A stretch of 63,839 nucleotides of DNA, filler included. It is 3 parts of 3 records of this genome, joined end to end, with 100 filler letters (N's around TTAATTAATTAA, not from the genome) between each part and the next. Parts side by side here need not be neighbours in the genome. Positions count along the whole stretch, not along the records: positions 1 to 30,121 come from SRR31156797_9840; positions 30,222 to 58,598 come from SRR31156797_9847; 1 more part is not named here. The stretch is one strand, 5' to 3'. The translations under genes and the position numbers were made by a program. Shown here one piece after another: positions 22,392 to 33,800 of the stretch (within the stretch, counting starts at the first letter, position 1; each line of letters starts with the position of its first letter). The notes under the pieces were generated by a model that ran no database searches, was not told the origin of the DNA, and saw only the letters and a list, made by a program, of their open reading frames with translations.

Positions 22392-23411
22392 ATGAAAAAC
22401 CATATCATATTTATCATACTAATCAGTTTCGCATTTTCGCTGAGCACCACCGCGCAAAACCGCATCCGCGTGAATAACACGCCGGGTGTGGACGCTGACT
22501 ACAGCGATTTGGGGGAAGCCCTCACCAATGCCGTTTCCGGCGGTGTGATCTACATCGAAGGAACTGGAATTCCATATGAAGGCGACTATCATGTTGATAA
22601 GCCTTTTATCACGCTCATAGGCCCCGGGTATTTCCTGGCACTGAACGACTCCACGCAATCCAATAAAGCTCCTGCCATGATCCAAAACCTCTACATCGAT
22701 GCAACCGGTACCGGTGCCAATGTGATGGGATTAAGGATCAGTGAAGTTTATGTGAATGCGGGAAGTGTAACCGTTTCGCGCAGTCACATTTACCGTGTGA
22801 ACGTAGCACCGAGCAATCCGGTAACGGATTTAACACTGCACAGCAACTACATTACCTACATGGTTTATGTACACAATAATCATACGGTGAATGCAAGCAT
22901 CTATAACAACATTTTCAAAACCGGCAGCAGTGCTGTTAGAAACTATGGAGATGCCTCACTAAGCATCTACAACAATGTTTTTGATGTGAATTACGGAGGG
23001 GAGGTTTTAGATGTTGAAAACGCAAACGTTTACAACAACATCATTTTTAATACCTATGTCAACTATCAGCCTTTTATCGATGCCAACCCTGCACTGAACA
23101 ACAGCGTAGCTAACAATGTGATCTGCCAGCAGGAAATGTCACAATTCCCGAACAACCTATGGGACGTGGCCATCGGGGATGTGATTGTTTACACCACCGG
23201 AGGGGTTGAGAAAAAGTACCAACTCACCGCCGGCTCACCGGCCATCGGAGCCGGGGAGAACGGCGTGGACTGCGGCATATTTGGCGGCGACACGCCTTAC
23301 GTATTTTCGGGCATCCCGCCCATCCCGCATATTTTTGAGTCCAGTATCCCGGCATCGGGTTCAAGCAGCCAGGGATTGCCGGTTCACATTAAAGCAAAAA
23401 CCCAAAATTAA
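22392..23411 (+). CDS. Secreted right-handed beta-helix protein, paralog 3
   Basis: Same N-cap (RVNNTPGVDADY) and C-tail (...GLPVHIKAKTQN). Confidence 0.8.
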   Translation: MKNHIIFIILISFAFSLSTTAQNRIRVNNTPGVDADYSDLGEALTNAVSGGVIYIEGTGIPYEGDYHVDKPFITLIGPGYFLALNDSTQSNKAPAMIQNLYIDATGTGANVMGLRISEVYVNAGSVTVSRSHIYRVNVAPSNPVTDLTLHSNYITYMVYVHNNHTVNASIYNNIFKTGSSAVRNYGDASLSIYNNVFDVNYGGEVLDVENANVYNNIIFNTYVNYQPFIDANPALNNSVANNVICQQEMSQFPNNLWDVAIGDVIVYTTGGVEKKYQLTAGSPAIGAGENGVDCGIFGGDTPYVFSGIPPIPHIFESSIPASGSSSQGLPVHIKAKTQN

Positions 23412-23422
23412 ACCGGTAGAAT

Positions 23423-26400
23423 ATGAAAAGTTTAAAACTATTCATCGTTCTATGGTTTGTCTCATTCGCGGGATTTTCGCAGAATATCACCTACATGGAA
23501 TATTTTGTGGACACCGATCCCGGTTATGGAAATGCAGTTTCCATCCCTTTCTCGGGCAGCGAAATTGCAGAGGCAAACTTCACGGTTCCCTTCAACGGCC
23601 TGGATAACGGCATTCACTTTCTGTACCTGCGGGCACAAAACCAGGAGGGCGACTGGAGCATGACTTCGGTCCACCACATCCTGAAAGACGTGTTCCACAG
23701 CGATGGTGCCGAAATCGACCAGGCTGAATATTTTATCGACACGGACCCCGGCTACGGTAATGGCACGCCCGTTTCTGTAAGCCCCGGCGAATCGGTAGAT
23801 ATTGCCTTCGACCTTGATGTTTCAGGGTTGGGTAACGGCCTGCACATGTTATACATCAGAACCCGGACTACAGATGGTGTATGGAGTTTAACCCGTGCAC
23901 ATCACGTCTTGGTTGACATCTTTAATTTACCGGATGCGGAGATTTCAGAAATCGAATATTTCTTCAATACCGATCCCGGCAACGGCAACGGAACCAGCGT
24001 ACCGGTTTCCCCGGGAGCTTCGGTGGATGTGGCATTCCAGGCTGATATGTCAGGATTATCACCAGGGACGCACTTCCTTTACACACGTGCCAAATCATCT
24101 GATGGCACATGGGGCACCCTTCATCAGCATCTGGTACTGGTGGATGTGATCGAAAACAGCTTAACCGATATCACCACAGTTGAATATTATATTGATGACG
24201 ATCCGGGATTTGGCAATGCCACGCCAGTGCCCGTTACGCCGTCGTCTCTGCAGGAAGCCGCTTTTGGGGTTGACCTTGCAGAAATCGAACCGGGCATTCA
24301 CTTTATTACGGTGCGGGCAAAAACGGAAAACGACGTCTGGTCGCACTGCTACACCAGCCTGTTCCTTGTGGATGTGTTGCAGATACAGCCGGAGAACATC
24401 ACGGAAGTGGAATACTTTATTGATGACGATCCCGGACTTGGCAACGGCCAGAATGTTCCGGTTACGCCTTCGCAGGTGATCGACCTGGATTTCCTGGTTG
24501 AGCCCGGAGCCATTGATCCCGGCATACACTTCCTGTGCGTTCGTGCCAAAGACGAAGACGGCATTTGGAGCATGAGTTACGTTCAACCGTTTTTGTATGA
24601 GTTCATGCAATCTGAGGAAAATCGCAACATCACCTACCTTGAATATTTTGTAGATGAGGACCCCGGAATTGGTTCGGCTACCTCTGTGCCGGTAACGCCA
24701 TCTCCGATAGTTGAACTGGATTTTAATGTTCAGCCAGAGGAGCTGGAATCCGGTGTGCATTTTCTGCATATCCGCGGCAGGGACGAGGACGGCATCTGGA
24801 GTCTCACCGAAACCCACGCCTTCCTGTACAATTTTATGCAGGATCAGGAAGACAGGGACATCACCTATTTTGAGTATTATATTGATGATGATCCCGGTTA
24901 TGGCAATGCCATACCAGTGGATGTAACCGGCGCGCCGGTTGTGGAACTGGATTTTGTGGCTGATCTGGAAACTTTGGATCCGGGCGTACATTTCATTGTG
25001 CTTCGCGGCCAGGATGAAGACGGTGTGTGGAGCCTGTGCAATGTGCATCCGTTCTTTATCGGCGGATGGGGTGAAGCAGCCAACATCACCCAACTGGAAT
25101 ACTTCTTTGATGAAGACCCCGGCTACGGAACCGGAAATATTGTGGATATTGACTCGGCTGCCAAAGTTGTTTCACTGGATTTTAACATGAACCTGGCCGG
25201 AATTCCCGAGGGCCAACACCTGGTTTATACCCGCGCCAAAGATGAAAACGGCGCATGGAGTTCAACCATGATCGATACCCTCGAAGTGCTTCCGCCCTCC
25301 GGAGAATTCGCACTTCGCTTCGATGGTGAAAACGATTACCTCCAGGCAGGTGATTTTCAATTGCCAGCTAGCGATATGACCATTGAAGCATGGATCAATC
25401 CGGATAATTTGGAAGGCATAGCCGAAATATTATTTGCCTATGGCGATAATGCTGACATCCAATTCAGGCTGAACAGCGACGGCTCTTTGCTTTACGGCGA
25501 GTCAGCCAACGGCAACTGGAATTATGTATTATCGGAACCTGCTTCCATTCTTCCCGGCCGCTGGACGCACGTGGCCCTGTCGAAAGCCGGTGATGTCTGC
25601 ACCCTTTACATCAACGGGAATTTTGCAGCTATCCAGCAGCTTGACAATAATCCTGTGACTCACACCATCGATTTTGGTGGTCGTTCAACCGTTATGGATC
25701 GTTTTTTTGATGGCAACATTGATGAAGTAAGGATTTGGGAAACCGCAAAATCACAACAGGAAATTATGGATAACCTGTGCGCAAATTTCATCGGGAACGA
25801 AACCGGAATTTATGGCCTGTGGCATTTTGACGATGGCACAGGATCAGCGGTTGCCTCTGATTCAGGACCCAACGGTTTTGGCGCGTGGCTCTATAACATG
25901 AATCCTGATCCCGGACCTGACTGTTCCTGGATCGATCATACATGTAATTTGTCTCCGGCAATCGACCTGGCCATAACTTCCATCACTTCTCCTGACGACC
26001 TAATCTGGAATGAAAAGGGTGAAAATACCGCAATTTCTGTTCTGATCAAAAATTATGGCACTGAAGATTTTGATGGTGAAATTGATTTTAGTTTCTCACT
26101 GGACAATGGTTCTCCTGTTGAGGAAACCCAAAGCCTGGTAATTCCTGCAGGCGAATCTTTGATGTATGACTTATCCAATCAAATTGACCTTTCATCAATC
26201 GGAAACCATAACCTCGAGGTCAGCATTGTTGTTTCCGGGGATGAATATCCGGAAAATAACACCATGACTAAATCAGTCGAAACCGTTGAAATCTTCAGGA
26301 AGGTTTATGCCTACAATACCTGGAGCAACCAATCCGGACTGCCCAACGGACCAGTAGTTTTCGATCTCAATGAGCCTGGCCATGTTTTTAGCCTGGCCGA

Positions 26401-29400
26401 CCAGAGTAACCGGCAGTATGTGGCCGGAGCTACCTGGCTGGATGAACAATGGTTTGGAATTTCAAACGACTCTATTTTTACCCTGGACACAATAACCGGC
26501 GAAAGGTCATTCATTTCTCTACAGGATAATTTCATCAGTGCGCTGGCATGGGATGAAACCACCGGTAAGTTGTTCGGCCTTTCGTGGGTAAGCCTTTATG
26601 AAATTGATCCGTTAACCGGAAACAGCAATTATATTGGTTATACCGGCCTGGAAGGATTTAGTGCGATGGCATGTACACCAGAAGGTGAATTGTTTGCTTT
26701 GAATATCGAAGACGACCAGATATATCAAATCAACAAAGAAACAGCCGAGGCTACCGCCATTGGCCCCATCGGATTTAACGCACAATATGAACAGGATTTG
26801 GAATATGATCCGGTGAATGGAATGATGTATCTCACAGCATTTAATGAAGATGTACATGAGGGAGAGCTTCGGACAGTGAACACAACTGATGGAAGTACAA
26901 CTTACATAGGGACATTCCGCGGAGGCATGGAGCTTTCAGGTTTTGCCATACCTGAACAGATATCACCACCGATAACAGATAACCATGCACTTCATTTTGA
27001 TGGAACAGACGATTATGTAAGTGTACCTGACCTGCTTTGCCCTCAGACCTTTACCCTGGAATGCTGGGTGAATTTTGAAGGAAACATGAATTCATCTTTC
27101 ATCACCCTGGTAGAGTTTTCAAATGATGCTCCCTGGATAGGGATCAGCAATGGAAGGCCAACAATTTATACTGCTGCTTCATCCCAAAACCAATTAACAC
27201 AAGGCTGGCATCACCTGGCTTTTGTAATTGGTGACAATTACTCGCAGATTTTTGTAGATGGCATTCAGGATGGTTCCGGTGGTACAATCTCAAATATTTC
27301 CAGCCAGCCCGGCATGGGCATTGGTTATAATTACGGCGATACGCACTTCACCGGAATAATTGACGAATTGCGGTTGTGGGATTATCCCAGGACGGAAACC
27401 CAAATCAATGCATATTTAAATACGGAGTTGGGCGGCGGTGAGACTGGCCTGGTGGCCTATTACAATTTCAACCAGGGCATTCCCGGTGGTGATAATACCG
27501 GAATTACAACGCTTTATAACAATGCCTCAACCAAGGACTATAATGGCACACTCAATAATTTTACGCTCAACGGGCCCACCTCAAACTTTGTTCAGGCAGG
27601 TTGGGAAATGAATCAGTTGATTGCCGAATTTGGTGCTGACCCGGTTTCAGGGAAAGCCCCATTACTCGTTCAGTTCTCAGACCTTTCTATTGGCGAAATT
27701 GATAGCTGGTACTGGGAGTTTGGTGATGGTAATTTCAGTGCGGAGCAAAATCCGTCATACGAATATCTGGTCCCCGGAATATACGGAGTTTCTTTAACCA
27801 TCTCGGATGGCAACACTACCAATACCGAAACCAAAGAAGCCTTTATCCAGGTTGACCCGGTTACCATTTACGACCTTCAGTTTACAACAAACCCCGGACC
27901 TGATGGCACCTACCCGTCAGATTTCAACGGGCAGGAGGTATCGGTGACTGGAATTGTTACAGCCAGCGGCTACAACGGCCAGGGCAATGCATTCTTCATC
28001 TCACACCCGGATGGCGGCCCGTGGAAATCCATTTACATTTTCGATGGAAGCCAGGGCGTGCAAATGGGCGATGAAGTGCTGGTCGAGGGTTTTGTTGAAG
28101 AATACTTTGGAATGACGGAGATTTTATCGCCACAGGTAACCATCCTGAGCAACGGCAATCCCATTCCATCGCCTTCTGTTGTCACAACCGGATCATTGAT
28201 TTATCCGGAGTCTGCAGAGCAATGGGAGAGTGTGGTAGTCACTGCCATGAGTCCTGAAGTAACACAACTTCCAAATGAACAGGGAGAATGGTATATCAAC
28301 GATGGCAGTGGAGAATGCCAGGTGGACGACCGTATCTATTTTTATGAACCGTCTCTGGGTGAGCAATTCGCTGAAATCACAGGTGCCGTTGATTATTCAT
28401 TTAATGAATACGGACTAAACCCCAGGATGGAATCGGATATTGTGCCCTTCACCCTGGAAGCAGATTTTACGGCAACACCGGTTTCAGGATTTATCCCGCT
28501 AACGGTGGAATTCTTCGATCTTTCTGAAGGTACTCCTGATGAATGGCTCTGGGATTTCGGTGACGGCCAGACAAGCACTGTGCAGAATCCGACACATGTG
28601 TATGAAACCTTTGGGAATTTTACAGTCACACTCACGATAAGTCAAAATACCAATTCAGATACGGAAATCAAGGAAGACCTCATTGAGGTATATCAAAATC
28701 AAAACGGCGATTGGGGTTTGCAGCACATTTGCCTGGAAAACACACCCGAGGCTGAACTCATGATCCGTGCAGGCGACATCGATAATCTTGGTTTTGGATG
28801 GCCCTTCGGATTCGATCCGTTTACGGGGCAAAGTACACCGGCACATGATTTCCCGTGGACCCTTGATCCTGAAGATACCGGCGGAACCGACCGGGTCATG
28901 GTTGTAACCAGCTATGACGGAACTTCTGTTCCCTGTGGAACAGACGGTTATACCAACACGACTTCGCGTCCTGATAACCTCCCGGAGCCTGTCACCATTG
29001 ATTTATGTCAGCTTTCACAGGGTGAGATTACCTCAGCCGCATTGCAGGTTTTTGTGGATGACATACAGCCGCAGTCGTTCTGTTCGGAATATACGGTGAG
29101 ACTGAATGGTGAGACATTTAACCCGCTTCAGACAATCGTGAACAGGATTGACCAATCCGGCCCCATTGGAAGGATGTTGACCGTGAAAATTCCTGATGAA
29201 TTGCTCTATCTCCTCGAGGGTGACCAACTGGAGCTGGAGATTGACGACTTCACAACCGGTGCCGGTGACGGCTTTGCCATCGACTTCGTGAAGCTACTGA
29301 TCAACAACAGTCAGCTCGCTCACTCCGGAAGCATAAACGGATTCGTGTATGATGCTACAACCGGTGATCCCATCGAAGGAGCAACGGTGGAAGCCTCGTT

Positions 29401-30121
29401 CTGGGAATCGGGAATTACCATCGCTGATGGCTCCTACTTCATTTCAGAAGCTCCGGCAGGCCTGGTGTATCTCGAATGCAGAGCCGCAGGTTATCAAACA
29501 GATTACACCTTGATTAACCTGGCCAGTGGCCAAAATCTTGAAATTGATTTCTGGCTCGAACAATCATTGGTTGCCGATTTTTCCGGATCTCCGCTTTCAG
29601 GGACAGTACCATTAGAAGTTCAATTCACAGACCTGACCAGCGGCAATCCTACCTCCTGGGAATGGAGTTTTGGAGACGGAACTTCCAGCGCAACGCAGAG
29701 CCCGGTGCATGTTTATAATGTGCCCGGCGTTTACACGGTTTCGCTCACGGTGTCAAACGGAGATGCAAATGATGAGGTGACTAAAGTGAATTACATCAAC
29801 GTTACTCCATCAGGAAGCGGAAACTGGCTTGCTGAATATTTTTATGATGATGATCCTGGATATGGAAATGCTACTCCTGTTTACGGAAATGGTGATGAAG
29901 ATGTGTTAATCAGCTTTAACGCACCAATCAGCCATCTCAATGACGGGTTTCACACTTTCTATCTCAGGTCCAGAAATGAAGACGGCTCCTGGAGCCAGAC
30001 CATGAGCAGGCCATTCCTGAAGCAATACCTGCCGGAAGATGTATCACCTGATATCGCTTACCTCGAATACTTTTTCGACAGCGATCCCGGTTTCGGGCAG
30101 GCAACGCCAATTGCAGTGGAT
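23423..30121 (+). CDS. Giant secreted multidomain surface protein, 3'-truncated: 8x EYFxDxDPG repeats, LamG, CARDB-like, beta-propeller, LamG, PKD, OB-fold region, PKD, unassigned domain, carboxypeptidase-regulatory-like, PKD, then at least 2 more EYFxDxDPG repeats
   Basis: Signal peptide; ~76-aa repeats I..(A/V/L)EY(F/Y).D.DPG.G...G.H....R.....G.WS; LamG 'AL.FDG..DY...WTHVA...IDE.R.W'; PKD 'W.W.FGDG...QNP.H.Y..PG.Y.V.LT'; the frame runs into the N-linker. Confidence 0.88.
23483..25300 (+). repeat. Eight tandem intragenic ~228-bp (~76-aa) EYFxDxDPG repeats; two more at about 29825-30121
   Basis: Counted directly in the translation: EYFVDTDPG, EYFIDTDPG, EYFFNTDPG, EYYIDDDPG, EYFIDDDPG, EYFVDEDPG, EYYIDDDPG, EYFFDEDPG; later EYFYDDDPG and EYFFDSDPG. 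Confidence 0.95.
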
Positions 30122-30221
30122 NNNNNNNNNNNNNNNNNNNNNNNNNNNNNNNNNNNNNNNNNNNNTTAATTAATTAANNNNNNNNNNNNNNNNNNNNNNN
30201 NNNNNNNNNNNNNNNNNNNNN
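30122..30221. other. Artificial contig-joining linker
   Basis: 100 nt of N44-TTAATTAATTAA-N44 (stops in all six frames); genes on both sides are truncated. Confidence 0.98.
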
Positions 30222-30222
30222 T

Positions 30223-30837
30223 GAAGGTGGTAAAATTGACTGGGCTTGTCATGCTAATGATGCTGCAACAGTTATTCATGGCATGATTGATTTTGACAAT
30301 GCTATCGGAAAAGCTTTTGAATTTGCAAAGCAACATCCAGATGAAACTTTAATTGTTGTATTAGGTGACCATGAGACCGGTGGATTAGCTTTAGGTAATA
30401 CAGCTATGCATTATGAAATAGATTTCAGTTTGCTTCAGTATCAAACTATGTCACATGAAGCCTTAATGGTTGCTTTTAAAGATGTGCTAAGTAATGAGCC
30501 AAATTTTGACAATGCTATGGCTTTTATTCAGGAAAATATGGGTTTAGGGGATGAAATTGAGTTGAATGATAAAGATAAATTGACGCTTAAAAAAGCCTGG
30601 GAAGCATCTATGATTTATGGTAGTAAAGATGTAAAAATGCTTTATGGATCAATGCAAAAGTTTTTATATACAGCTTTACATATATTGAATGAAAAAGCTG
30701 GAGTGGGCTGGACTACCGATTCACACACCGGACTACCAGTTGTTGTGCATGCGCATGGCATAGGTGAAGATTACTTTGAAGGCATAATTGATAATACAGA
30801 TGTGCCCAAATTGATGGAGAAATCAATGGGATTGTAA
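30223..30837 (+). CDS. Alkaline phosphatase, C-terminal part (5'-truncated)
   Basis: The frame is open from the linker: EGGKIDWACHAND...TLIVVLGDHETGG...WTTDSHTG.PV...DNTD. Confidence 0.92.
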   Translation, partial: EGGKIDWACHANDAATVIHGMIDFDNAIGKAFEFAKQHPDETLIVVLGDHETGGLALGNTAMHYEIDFSLLQYQTMSHEALMVAFKDVLSNEPNFDNAMAFIQENMGLGDEIELNDKDKLTLKKAWEASMIYGSKDVKMLYGSMQKFLYTALHILNEKAGVGWTTDSHTGLPVVVHAHGIGEDYFEGIIDNTDVPKLMEKSMGL

Positions 30838-30894
30838 GTTAGAAAGTTGATAAGGTTAATTGAGTTAATCAATTCAATAACTTAATCAACTAAA
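30838..30894. repeat. Short-period AT-rich inverted/tandem repeat between convergent genes
   Basis: agttgataag-gttaattgag-ttaat faces caataac-ttaatcaac-taaa; shares GGTTAATTGAGT with 51201-51285. Confidence 0.55.
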
Positions 30895-33800
30895 TTACTC
30901 AATCACAGCTCCATTTCTTTTTTTACCATCCATTTTTATCGTAAATGGGCTGTCAAGTCGGTAGTGTTTGAAAAACTTTTTCTCATCGTGCAATGGCTGA
31001 TTGTAGATGAAATCCCAATTAATCATTTGTTTGCTTTTGCCTTGATTAATAGAAAAGTATCCTACATTCATTGATGTCACATTATGGAAAAAGTGTGATC
31101 CGGAAGAGGCCTCTAATGGAAATCCATCTAAATCTGTTTCCACAATTACTTTTGCGTTTGAAATTTGAGGCCAATCAACCGGTATTCCTATCCAGGGATC
31201 TCGTGTTCCCCATCTACCGGGACCAATAAGTAAATAGTTGCGATTTTCTGCCTTAAGACTATCATTAAAAGCCTCGACCTCTTCAGCCATTTCTTTAGTT
31301 CCTGTTTTGTCGAACTTATTTTTATCAATAATTACTATATCCGATATATCTTCGATAATACCATTACCCATTGCTTTATCGGTATAAAGAATGATGTTTT
31401 CACCTTTTAAATCATCTTCTTCGAATGAATAGCCTTCCCATGAGCTAATTTGAGGCTTAATTTGCAGTAAATAGAATGAAGCTTTACCATCTTTATCTTT
31501 ATTTAAATCAACGGCAAATTCAATCTCTACAGGCGATCCTAAGGCTTCTTCTACTATATCAAGTACAGCTTCAATGGTTTTGCTCAATGGAATATAATTA
31601 TGTTGTAATATATTGGCAAAATTTATGATTCTGGGACCAGCATAGTTTAGTCCAGAAATAAGTCTATCCCCATCAGGATCATATACAGATGCACAATGCT
31701 TAAGCGTTCCGTGCATTTCTGCTTCATAAATATCTAATCTGATTAAACCAGCCATATCGCCTTGCTCAAAGTTTACTTCTTTGCGCTTCATATCTACAGC
31801 ATAAAATTCTACTTGAGAGTCTTTATAAAGGTCTTTAAGAGAGTGTACAAGGGTTTGTGGATATTTAGGAGAAAAGCGATAGGCTTTTTCACCATCTACA
31901 ACATATTTTCCCAAGCCAATTCCCATAACAGCCATACCGTCATCAGGTTCCATATGAGAAACCGGATAATAATTATAAGATTGAGCTACTCCGCTAATAT
32001 GTGGATAGAAATAATCACCATATTGATTTCCTACTACTTCTTGAATGACAACTGCCATCATTTCTTCCTCAATCTTGTAGCTAATAGCTTCAACATAGCC
32101 TCTGGCCAGTTTTGAGAAAACAGAAGCGTATACTAACTTTATAGCCTCTTCTAATTGCTGCTGACGTATTTTGATATCTGGATCACTATTAGGGAGAATA
32201 TAAGTCTCAAAAATACCTGCAAATGGTTGCTGAATACTGTCTTCAAACATTCCTGAGGACCTTACTGCAATAGGTTTATCAATAAACTTTAATAATTTAT
32301 ACAGTCGATCAGAAATCATTTCAGAGAATTGAGATTCTAAAAACCATTGACGTATTTTATTATAGTCTTTCTCATCATAAACCTTTTGACGTAAATTGTT
32401 TATGTCCATGAACTTAAGAAACTCATCTGTTCCAATCATACATGTATTTGGAGTAACAATATTAATACCCTGTACCAGTTGAGAGAAATCATAATTGTGT
32501 ATTAAAGTATTCACAAAGGCCAATCCTCTTCCTTTTCCTCCTAAATTTCCTTCTCCCAGGAGTACAATACTAGTTGGGTCATCAATATCAGACACATGAA
32601 AAGGTACTACTTTACCTTTATTTTGCTCATTTCTGAATTTATTGAGAATTGTAATTATATAATTTCTTAAATCCTGAGCGCTTGGAAAGTCAGCTATTTG
32701 AGCAGGGTGAAGTATATGTGCAACCTGTATTTCTCCACGTGCCATTAACCATAATGAAAAGTGATTTTTATTGGCGTGAAAAATTAAAGATTCCTCCGGA
32801 ATGGTATGAAGTAAGTTCTCAAATTCACGAAGCGATCTTGCAACAGCTATTTCACGTCCATGAAGGTCACGGAAAACAAAATTACCAAATCCAAGGTAAT
32901 GCAATATAAATGTCCTTAAGTCCTGCATTAAACTTTCAGACTTCTTATCAATAAATGCTGCATCCAATTCTTCTGCAACATATTCAAACTTTTGATCTGA
33001 TGATTGAATGACAACAGGCAGTTCCTTTTTCTCTGACTTTATTTCTCTTACTAATTGAATTCCAGCATGTTTATCTAGTTTTCCTTCTCTTTCAAACTCT
33101 ACGTCAGTGATAAGACAAAGCAATTGATTACTATATTTTTTATAAATTCTAATGGCTTCTTCATAGGTGTTTGCTAAAAGAATTTTTGGACGTGTTCTTA
33201 GTCTCAATACCTTGTAAAGATCATCTGTACTTACATCATCTATAATTCGCCTTGTTTGTTCCATTACAATATTGTAGAGCATGGGCAAATAACGTGAATA
33301 ATAAGGAGCAGCATCTTCAACTAGAATAATTACTCGCACCAGTCCCTGGCGGGTATCATTGTCAACGTTTATTTTGTCTTCAATAAGTTTAATCATGGAG
33401 AAAAAAACCTGTGAATCTCCTTTCCACACAAAAATTTTGTCTATTACGGGTAATTCTTTGCGCTTAGTTTCCAATTTAATGAGGTTTTCACTACTATTTA
33501 GTAATGCAAACACAGGTAAATAAGGAAATGCTTCTTTTATTCTAGCTCCTAAACCCAGGGGTTTTGTAGTATCAAGACCTACCATCATGATAACCATATC
33601 ATAATGTTTAGCCTTTAAATGCTCCATGGCATCATCAGCATCAGAAACCCCTGTAATGCGAGGCACAGAAGTAAGATTTAACCTTTCATACTGACGCAAA
33701 ACATATTCTGAAAAGCGTCCTCCACTTTCAATGCTGAAGGCATCATATAAACTTGCAACTAAAAGAATTTCCTTAATTTTAAATGGCATCAAATCGTGGT

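Noticed and set aside
24161-25093. 310-aa antisense ORF and the many other short overlapping ORFs in the track
   Set aside because: They are shadow frames of well-supported genes (atp, scaffold, rpoC, fusA, kinases) with no recognisable motifs.
20096-25300. Diversity-generating retroelement acting on the paralogs or repeats
   Set aside because: No reverse transcriptase, and no near-identical template/variable repeat pair differing only at adenines was seen.
30166-30177. TTAATTAATTAA as a biological palindrome (also at 58643-58654)
   Set aside because: Embedded in symmetric N runs; it is a six-frame-stop assembly spacer. ORF ends at 30169 and 58643 are artefacts of it.
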